Shown here piece after piece: positions 55,763-64,000 of a stretch of DNA of 64,000 nucleotides; position 1 is the first letter of the stretch; each line of letters begins with the position of its first letter. The notes below the pieces were generated by a model that was not told where the DNA came from, searched no databases, and saw nothing but the letters and a program-made list of their open reading frames with translations. The translations under genes and the position numbers were made by a program. Source of the stretch: an uncultured Bacteroidales bacterium (lineage in GTDB: Bacteria; Bacteroidota; Bacteroidia; Bacteroidales; CAZJKL01); NCBI GenBank assembly GCA_964546655.1, contig CAZJKL010000001.1, positions 69,751 to 133,750 on the forward strand. Direction: 5' to 3'.

Positions 55763-56106
55763 AATTGATTAATAAGAGAATTAAAATTTTTCGAATATAA
55801 TAATATTTTTTTATAACATCAAATATTAATTTTCTTAAAAGCTCTTAAAATATATTAACTTAATGTAAATAAAAATATATTGAAGGTTTTATAAAAAATA
55901 AAAAACACCCTTTTTTAGAATGTAAATTGTCATTATTAATTCATAATTGTTTGTATATGTATTAATTATGTTTTGTTGAAAAAATGTTAAATAAATCTCT
56001 CTAAAATATTTTTTTCAATACTTATTAACATTAGTTTTTTATCACTTTTTTTTGTTATATTTTTATTGATTCAAAAATTAACCTCATTTTATAATTACAA
56101 AAATAT

Positions 56107-59100
56107 ATGTTTACTCATTTACACGTACATACTCAATATTCGATTTTAGACGGTGCTGCCGACATTGAAACTCTTATAAAAAAAGCCATAGAGTATAAAA
56201 TGCCTGCTATTGCTATAACCGATCATGGAAATATGTTTGGTGTTTATGAATTTTTTGATACTGCTCGTAAAAATAATATTAAGCCTATTGTTGGGTGTGA
56301 AGTTTATGTTTCAGTAAATAATATTGAAAGTAAATCAGAAAAAGAAGACAGAAGTGGCTACCATTTAATTTTATTAGCAAAAAATTTTATAGGATATCAA
56401 AATTTATTGAAATTATGTAGTATAGGATATAAAGAAGGTTTTTATTATACACCAAGAGTTGATAAAAACTTATTAAGAAAATATAAAGAAGGATTAATTG
56501 CTTGTTCTGCTTGTATAGGCGGAGAAATAGCAAGAAGTATTATTGAAAAAGGTGAAGAAAGTGCGTTAAAAGTTTATAAAGAGTATAAAGAAATTTATGG
56601 TGATGACTTTTATTTAGAATTACAAAATCATGGAATACCTGAACAAAAAATTTGCAATAATGTTTACATTAAATGGTCAAAAGAATATGATCAAAAAATT
56701 ATTGCGACTAATGATGTTCATTATGTTAATAAAGATGATGCAGAGGCTCACGATATTTTAGTTTGTTTAAATACAGGGAAAGATTATAATGATACAAATA
56801 GATTGAAATATACAGGCTTTGAGTATTTAAGGTCTATTGAAGAAATGCAAGAACTCTTTTTTAATACTCCAGAAGCTATTAGCAATACTTTAGAAATTGT
56901 TGAAAAAATTGAAGATTTTTCTATAGAAAAAGACGTTATATTACCTGTTTTTAAACTTCCTGAAAATTTTGATGACCCTGATAAATATTTAGAACACCTT
57001 ACATATATTGGAGCCGAAAAACTGTATGCCGAAATAACACCTGAAATTAGAGAAAGAATAGACTTTGAATTAGCTACGGTTAAAAGAATGGGTTTTGCGG
57101 GTTATTTTTTAATTGTTCAAGATTTAATTCAAGCTGCCCGTGATATGGATGTTGCTGTTGGACCTGGAAGAGGATCTGCTGCTGGTTCGGTTGTGGCTTA
57201 TTGCATCGGAATAACAAATGTTGACCCTATTAGATATAAGCTACTTTTTGAAAGGTTTTTAAATCCAGATAGAATTTCGATGCCTGATATTGATATAGAT
57301 TTTGATGAAGATGGAAGACAAAAAGTTATTGATTGGGTTGTAGATAAATATGGCGAAGATAAAGTTGCTCAAATAATAACATTTGGAACAATGGCTGCAA
57401 AAATGTCGATTCGAGATGTAGCTCGTGTTCTTTCTTTGCCTTTACCAGATGCCGATTATTTGGCTAAATTAGTTCCAAAACAATGCACAAAACTTAAAGA
57501 AGCTTTTAAAGAAGTTCCTGAGTTAAAAGAAGCTCTTAATAGTAGCAATAAATTAATTGCCAAAACATTGCGTATAGCAACACAATTAGAAGGTTCGGTT
57601 AGACAAACAGGTGTTCATGCCTGCGGAATTATTATTGGCCCAGATTCTTTGATTAATTATATACCTCTTAGTACATCAAAAGAATCTAGTCTTATGGTTA
57701 CTCAATATGAGGGTAAATATGTTGAGAGTGCCGGAATGTTAAAAATGGATTTTTTAGGGCTTAAAACATTATCTTTAATTAAAGATACTATTAAAAATGT
57801 TAAAGAACGTTTAAATATAACCATAGATATAGAAAATGTTTCATTAGAAGATACTAAAACGTATGAATTATATCAGAAAGGAGATACAGTAGGTACATTC
57901 CAGTTCGAATCTGAAGGTATGAGGAAGTATTTGCAAGACTTGAAACCTTCTAATATCGAAGATTTAATAGCTATGAATGCTTTGTATCGTCCTGGTCCAA
58001 TGGATAATATACCAAGCTTTATTAAAAGAAAACATGGAATAGACAAGGTTGAATATCCTCATGAAATGCTTACCGATATTTTGAAAGATACCTATGGTAT
58101 TATGATTTATCAGGAGCAGATTATGCAAATTTCTCAGGTAATGGCTGGTTTTACAAAAGGTGAAGCCGACGGACTTAGAAAAGCTATGGGGAAAAAGGTT
58201 AAAGAGCTAATTGATAAATTAAAAAGCAAATTTGTTGAAGGATCTAAAAATAATGGTGTTGATGAAAAATTAGCATCTTCGATATACGATACAATGGCTA
58301 AGTTTGGTGAGTATGGATTTAACCGTTCTCATGCCGCAGCGTATTCATTAGTTGCTTTTAAAACCGCTTACCTTAAAGCTAATTATCTTGCCGACTATAT
58401 GGCTGCTGTTTTATCTCGTAATATTAACGATATTAAGAAAGTTGCTTTTTTTACCGATGAATGTTTGCGAATGAATATTCCTGTTCTCGGACCTTGTATT
58501 AATGAAAGTAATTATTATTTTGTAGTAAACAGCAAGGAACAAATTAGATTTGGAATTGGTGCAATTAAAGGTGTTGGCGAAAATGCTGTAAACGAAATTG
58601 TAGATGAACGTAAAAAAAATGGTCATTATAAAGATATTTTTGATTTTATTAAAAGAGTAAATTTGCATATTGTAAGTAAAAAAACAATAGAAGGATTAGT
58701 TTTGGCTGGGGCTTTTGATGTTTTTGCCGACATTCACAGAGCACAATATTTTTGTCCTGTTTCTTACGATAAAAACAATATTAGTTTTATTGAATATTTA
58801 ATTAAATACTCGAATAAACTAAGTTCTAACGCAGATTCAAATCAAATTTCGTTGTTTGGAGAAGTTCAAGATGTTGAAGTCCCTAAACCAGAAATTCCAA
58901 AGTGTACAGAATGGTCTATGCTAGAAATATTAGAAAAAGAAAAAGAAATCACAGGCTTTTATATTTCAGGTCATCCGCTCGACAGATTTAAATTAGAATT
59001 TGAACATTTTACAAATTTTAAAATTGAAGATTTTGCTGAAATAGAAAGTTTTAAAAATAAAAAAATTGCTATTGCAGGTATGGTTTCAGAAGTTAAAAAA

Positions 59101-59559
59101 GGAACTACTAAAAATGGTAAACCATTTGCAAGTTTTAATATAGAGGATTATACCGGCTCTTATAAATTAGCTTTATTTTCAGACGATTACGCAAAATATG
59201 GTGGATATTTAATTGAAGGAGCTTTTCTTTATATTAATGGAGTAATTGATAAAAGATTTAAAACAAGTGAAAGGTTCGAGTTTATCGTTTCTAACATTCA
59301 GTTTCTTAATGATATTAGAGAAAAATTGTCTAAAAAAATAACATTAATAATTTCTTTGGCAGAAGTTAAGCCAGTACTTATTTCAAAAATAAACGAATTA
59401 GCTTCTAAATACATTGGGAAATGTGAACTAAATATTGTTATTGAAGATAATTTAGATAAAATAAATATTGAAATGCCATCAAGAAATATTAAATTTGATA
59501 TTTCAAACGAATTCTTTAATGAATTAAAACAAATTAATCTTAAATATAAACTAAATTAA
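56107..59559 (+). CDS. dnaE: DNA polymerase III alpha subunit
   Basis: PHP domain FTHLHVHTQYSILDGA. Palm/fingers blocks (PDIDIDF, GLLKMDFLGL). OB fold. Confidence 0.95.
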   Translation: MFTHLHVHTQYSILDGAADIETLIKKAIEYKMPAIAITDHGNMFGVYEFFDTARKNNIKPIVGCEVYVSVNNIESKSEKEDRSGYHLILLAKNFIGYQNLLKLCSIGYKEGFYYTPRVDKNLLRKYKEGLIACSACIGGEIARSIIEKGEESALKVYKEYKEIYGDDFYLELQNHGIPEQKICNNVYIKWSKEYDQKIIATNDVHYVNKDDAEAHDILVCLNTGKDYNDTNRLKYTGFEYLRSIEEMQELFFNTPEAISNTLEIVEKIEDFSIEKDVILPVFKLPENFDDPDKYLEHLTYIGAEKLYAEITPEIRERIDFELATVKRMGFAGYFLIVQDLIQAARDMDVAVGPGRGSAAGSVVAYCIGITNVDPIRYKLLFERFLNPDRISMPDIDIDFDEDGRQKVIDWVVDKYGEDKVAQIITFGTMAAKMSIRDVARVLSLPLPDADYLAKLVPKQCTKLKEAFKEVPELKEALNSSNKLIAKTLRIATQLEGSVRQTGVHACGIIIGPDSLINYIPLSTSKESSLMVTQYEGKYVESAGMLKMDFLGLKTLSLIKDTIKNVKERLNITIDIENVSLEDTKTYELYQKGDTVGTFQFESEGMRKYLQDLKPSNIEDLIAMNALYRPGPMDNIPSFIKRKHGIDKVEYPHEMLTDILKDTYGIMIYQEQIMQISQVMAGFTKGEADGLRKAMGKKVKELIDKLKSKFVEGSKNNGVDEKLASSIYDTMAKFGEYGFNRSHAAAYSLVAFKTAYLKANYLADYMAAVLSRNINDIKKVAFFTDECLRMNIPVLGPCINESNYYFVVNSKEQIRFGIGAIKGVGENAVNEIVDERKKNGHYKDIFDFIKRVNLHIVSKKTIEGLVLAGAFDVFADIHRAQYFCPVSYDKNNISFIEYLIKYSNKLSSNADSNQISLFGEVQDVEVPKPEIPKCTEWSMLEILEKEKEITGFYISGHPLDRFKLEFEHFTNFKIEDFAEIESFKNKKIAIAGMVSEVKKGTTKNGKPFASFNIEDYTGSYKLALFSDDYAKYGGYLIEGAFLYINGVIDKRFKTSERFEFIVSNIQFLNDIREKLSKKITLIISLAEVKPVLISKINELASKYIGKCELNIVIEDNLDKINIEMPSRNIKFDISNEFFNELKQINLKYKLN

Positions 59560-59585
59560 ATTACTAATTTTTAAATTTTTTTAAT

Positions 59586-59903
59586 ATGGCTGTAGAATTT
59601 ACCGACACAAACTTTGAAGACAAAGTTATTAACTCAGACAAATTAGTTGTTGTTGATTTTTGGGCAGAATGGTGTGGCCCATGCAGAATGATAACTCCAA
59701 TAATCGAAGAATTATCTAAAGAATATGAAGGCAGAGTTGTTATAGGAAAAGTTAATGTTGACGAATGTATCGAAGTTTCTTCAAAATACGGAATAAGAAG
59801 TATTCCAACTATTTTATTTATTAAAAATGGTGAAGTTGTTGAAAAACAAGTTGGTGCATTACCAAAAAACACTTTAGAAGAAAAAATTAAATCGTTAATG
59901 TAG
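59586..59903 (+). CDS. trxA: Thioredoxin
   Basis: VVDFWAEWCGPCR active site. 105 aa. Confidence 0.95.
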   Translation: MAVEFTDTNFEDKVINSDKLVVVDFWAEWCGPCRMITPIIEELSKEYEGRVVIGKVNVDECIEVSSKYGIRSIPTILFIKNGEVVEKQVGALPKNTLEEKIKSLM

Positions 59904-59956
59904 AAAATCGAAGTTTTTACTTAATAGTTTAGAAATAAACAATAAAAACTATAATG

Positions 59957-60075
59957 AGGCTGACCTAAAAGCGAAAAGATGTCTTTCTGAGCAAAGCGAA
60001 GAATCTAATAATCAATGTGCTAAGATTTTTCACTTCGTTCAAAATGACAAAAATTCGTTCTTTTTAGACAGCCCC
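59957..60075. repeat. Long imperfect palindromic REP-like element / trxA terminator
   Basis: Arms gtctttctgagcaaagcgaagaatct (59981-60006) and agatttttcacttcgttcaaaatgac (60023-60048), plus outer arms gaggctgacctaaaag / ctttttagacagcccc. Followed by a T-run at 60077-60082. Confidence 0.75.
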
Positions 60076-60116
60076 ATTTTTTATTAGCTTTGCATCATAA
60101 ATAAAAAAGATAAATT

Positions 60117-61088
60117 ATGTCATTTCCACAAACAAGACTCAGAAGACTTAGAACAAATCCAATTATTAGAAATATGATTTCCGAAACAATAATTAGGAAA
60201 GAAGATTTAATAATGCCATTATTTGTTTGCCCAGGCGAAAAAATAAATAACCCGATAAAATCAATGCCAGGAAATTCGCAACTATCAGTTGACTTATTAG
60301 TTAAAGAGTGTGAAGATTTGCTTAAAAATGGTATAAATAAAGTTCTTTTATTCGGAATACCAGAATCAAAAGATGAGCATGGTCATGTTGCATGCCATGA
60401 AAACGGAATAGTTCAAAAAGCAATTAGAGCTTTAAAAGAGAATTATTCGAAAGATATAATGATAGTTGCAGATGTTTGTAATTGTGAATATACAACCCAT
60501 GGGCATTGTGGAACTATAGTAGATGGAGATGTTCATAATGATTTAACATTAGAAACACTTGCAAAACAATCATTATCACTAACAATAGCTGGTGCTGACA
60601 TTATAGCACCAAGCGATATGATGGACGGAAGAATACAAAAAATTAGAAAAATACTAGATGATAATAATTTTTACAATACACCAATAATGTCGTATTCGGC
60701 AAAATATGCATCAGGTTTTTATGGTCCTTTTAGAGAAGCAGCTGAGTCGGCTCCAAAATTTGGCGACAGAAAAACATATCAAATGAATCCAGCTAATTCA
60801 GATGAAGCAATTAGAGAAATAGCTTTAGATATTGAAGAAGGAGCTGATATAGTTATGGTAAAACCTGCACTAAGCTATTTGGATGTGATATACAGAGCAA
60901 AAACAACATTTAATATTCCAGTAGCCGCATATAATGTTAGTGGCGAATTTTCGATGATAAAAGCAGCAGGAGCAAATGGTTGGATTGATGAAGAACGAAT
61001 AATGATGGAAGTTATTACTTCTATAAAAAGGGCTGGTGCTGATATTATTATTACTTACTTCGCAAAAGATATTGCCAAAATATTGTAA
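60117..61088 (+). CDS. hemB: Porphobilinogen synthase (delta-aminolevulinate dehydratase)
   Basis: RLRRLR near the N-terminus. Cys-rich Zn site DVCNCEYTTHGHCG. Active-site Lys blocks. Confidence 0.95.
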   Translation: MSFPQTRLRRLRTNPIIRNMISETIIRKEDLIMPLFVCPGEKINNPIKSMPGNSQLSVDLLVKECEDLLKNGINKVLLFGIPESKDEHGHVACHENGIVQKAIRALKENYSKDIMIVADVCNCEYTTHGHCGTIVDGDVHNDLTLETLAKQSLSLTIAGADIIAPSDMMDGRIQKIRKILDDNNFYNTPIMSYSAKYASGFYGPFREAAESAPKFGDRKTYQMNPANSDEAIREIALDIEEGADIVMVKPALSYLDVIYRAKTTFNIPVAAYNVSGEFSMIKAAGANGWIDEERIMMEVITSIKRAGADIIITYFAKDIAKIL

Positions 61089-61115
61089 ATTTATAATAAA
61101 CCTTAAAACAACGCC

Positions 61116-61916
61116 ATGAAAAAAATTATACTAATAACAATTATATCTACATTTTTAAGCTTGAGTAGCTTTACACAAGTAGCTAACTTTAATTTAACCG
61201 ACACCGACGCAACAAACCATGATTTATACACTTATTTATCTGCTAACAAAGCTGTTGTTTTAGAGTTTTTTATGACAACTTGTTATTATTGTCAAAACTC
61301 GGTTGTTGAAATGGAAGAACTATATAATTATTATGGTCAAAATACCGATAATGTAATAGTTTTGAGTATTGAGATAAATAATGCAACGGATATTGCCATA
61401 GAGGCATTTAAAACAAGTTATGGCCCTGCTAATTATCCTAAAATTGGAGGTTCTGGTGCAAATCAGTATTGGGGAACAAATTTTTATGGAGATTTAGGTG
61501 GTTCAATGGCCGAATTGGTTGTTATTATTCCTAATTCATCAAACCCATCACAAAGCTCTATTGTTTATGAGTTTGCTGCAGGTCAATTGACTTCAACCCA
61601 TGTTTTAGATGTTAAAACAGCTTTAAGTAATGCTGGATATAATAATATTTCTAATGAGTTTAATTCAAATCCAAATTATATTAATATATATCCTATTCCA
61701 GCAAATAACCATATTAATATTAGCACAATAAATGCAACCGACGAAAATTTAAATATTGTTATTTATGATTTTAAAGGTAGTTTAGTTAAAAATGAAATAG
61801 TAAAAAATAGCAATCTTATTAGTTTAAATATTTCTGATTTAAATATTGGAATATACACCGCTATGATACAATCAGAAAATAATTTATATATAAAAAGATT
61901 CCAAATTGTAAGGTAA
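61116..61916 (+). CDS. Secreted thioredoxin-fold (CYYC) protein with T9SS type A C-terminal sorting domain
   Basis: Signal peptide. FFMTTCYYCQ CxxC. C-terminal IYPIPANNHINIS...GIYTAMIQ...KRFQIVR. Confidence 0.7.
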   Translation: MKKIILITIISTFLSLSSFTQVANFNLTDTDATNHDLYTYLSANKAVVLEFFMTTCYYCQNSVVEMEELYNYYGQNTDNVIVLSIEINNATDIAIEAFKTSYGPANYPKIGGSGANQYWGTNFYGDLGGSMAELVVIIPNSSNPSQSSIVYEFAAGQLTSTHVLDVKTALSNAGYNNISNEFNSNPNYINIYPIPANNHINISTINATDENLNIVIYDFKGSLVKNEIVKNSNLISLNISDLNIGIYTAMIQSENNLYIKRFQIVR

Positions 61917-62011
61917 GCGACTTAAATACAATTGTTTTATTGCTTGATAAATTTCACTGCTTTTCAGTTGCCACTGTATTTGAATTTATAAAAATATTAA
62001 TATGAGTATTT

Positions 62012-62053
62012 AAATAAAAACGCTATTGCCTTTGAATAAAAGCAATAACGTTT
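62012..62053 (-). terminator. Rho-independent terminator downstream of tRNA-Leu
   Basis: Minus strand: aacgttattgc-12nt-gcaatagcgtt (one mismatch) followed by tttttattt. Confidence 0.65.
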
Positions 62054-62079
62054 AAAATTAGGAAATGTAGGGGGGAATT

Positions 62080-62164
62080 GTGGTGCGGATAAAGGGACTC
62101 GAACCCCCACGTCTCTCGACACTAGATCCTAAGTCTAGCGCGGCTACCAATTACGCCATATCCG
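62080..62164 (-). tRNA. tRNA-Leu (anticodon UAG), class II with long variable arm, CCA encoded
   Basis: Reverse complement folds by hand. Acceptor gcggata/tatccgc. Anticodon stem ctaga/tctag with loop cuUAGga. Variable arm tgtcgagagacg. T-loop ggttcgagtcc. 3' ACCA. Confidence 0.9.
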
Positions 62165-62220
62165 CATAATTTCAAATTAAGTGTGCAAAAATAACAAATT
62201 ATTTTATAAATAAATAATTT

Positions 62221-64000
<1,780 letters not shown>

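Noticed and set aside
55763-56106. 344-bp AT-rich gap upstream of dnaE as a possible replication origin.
   Set aside because: I found no DnaA-box matches (TTATCCACA or its complement), and dnaA is not adjacent. The gap is consistent with divergent promoters for the mltD-like gene and dnaE.

Overview
AT-rich chromosome segment of Bacteroidota type, judged from T9SS/gliding genes (gldD, gldE, a PorZ-like gene, T9SS C-terminal sorting domains) and TAnnTTTG -7 promoter boxes. All calls rest on reading the sequence and ORF track and on recalled family motifs; no database search was run.

The left ~25.8 kb is an accessory conflict island with no integrase in view. It holds:
- an Abi_2/HEPN gene
- an MNT-HepT pair plus a truncated HepT remnant
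- two mosaic copies of a YoeB-like/DUF2683-like TA block
- an array of orphan RHS C-terminal cassettes sharing a recombination handle (LYGSERLG-ENKETR). One is intact, with an unrecognised ~237-aa toxin tip and a downstream secreted protein. The others are toxin-deleted or truncated.
- an Rpn-family nuclease
- a T9SS adhesin plus a duplicated fragment of its C-terminus
- several families of palindromic and heptamer repeats
- a four-gene prkA-yeaH-spoVR-prkA2 operon
- a Thx-like small protein with a Lys/Ala-rich tail
- an XRE-ImmA + DUF4411 pair
- an uncharacterised two-gene pair with terpene-synthase-like Asp-rich motifs
- a Fic protein

The right ~38 kb is core housekeeping: LOG, Nif3, OmpA-like, csp, rpmE2, lon, gpx, an arginine-decarboxylase-like gene, rpsF-rpsR-rplI, recO, nrdDG, an mltD-like gene, dnaE, trxA, hemB, tRNA-Leu and partial gyrB.

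The best candidates for undescribed biology are the RHS orphan-cassette/TA array with its unknown toxin tip, the prkA four-gene cassette embedded among defence loci, and the Asp-rich two-gene pair at 22.3-24.6 kb.
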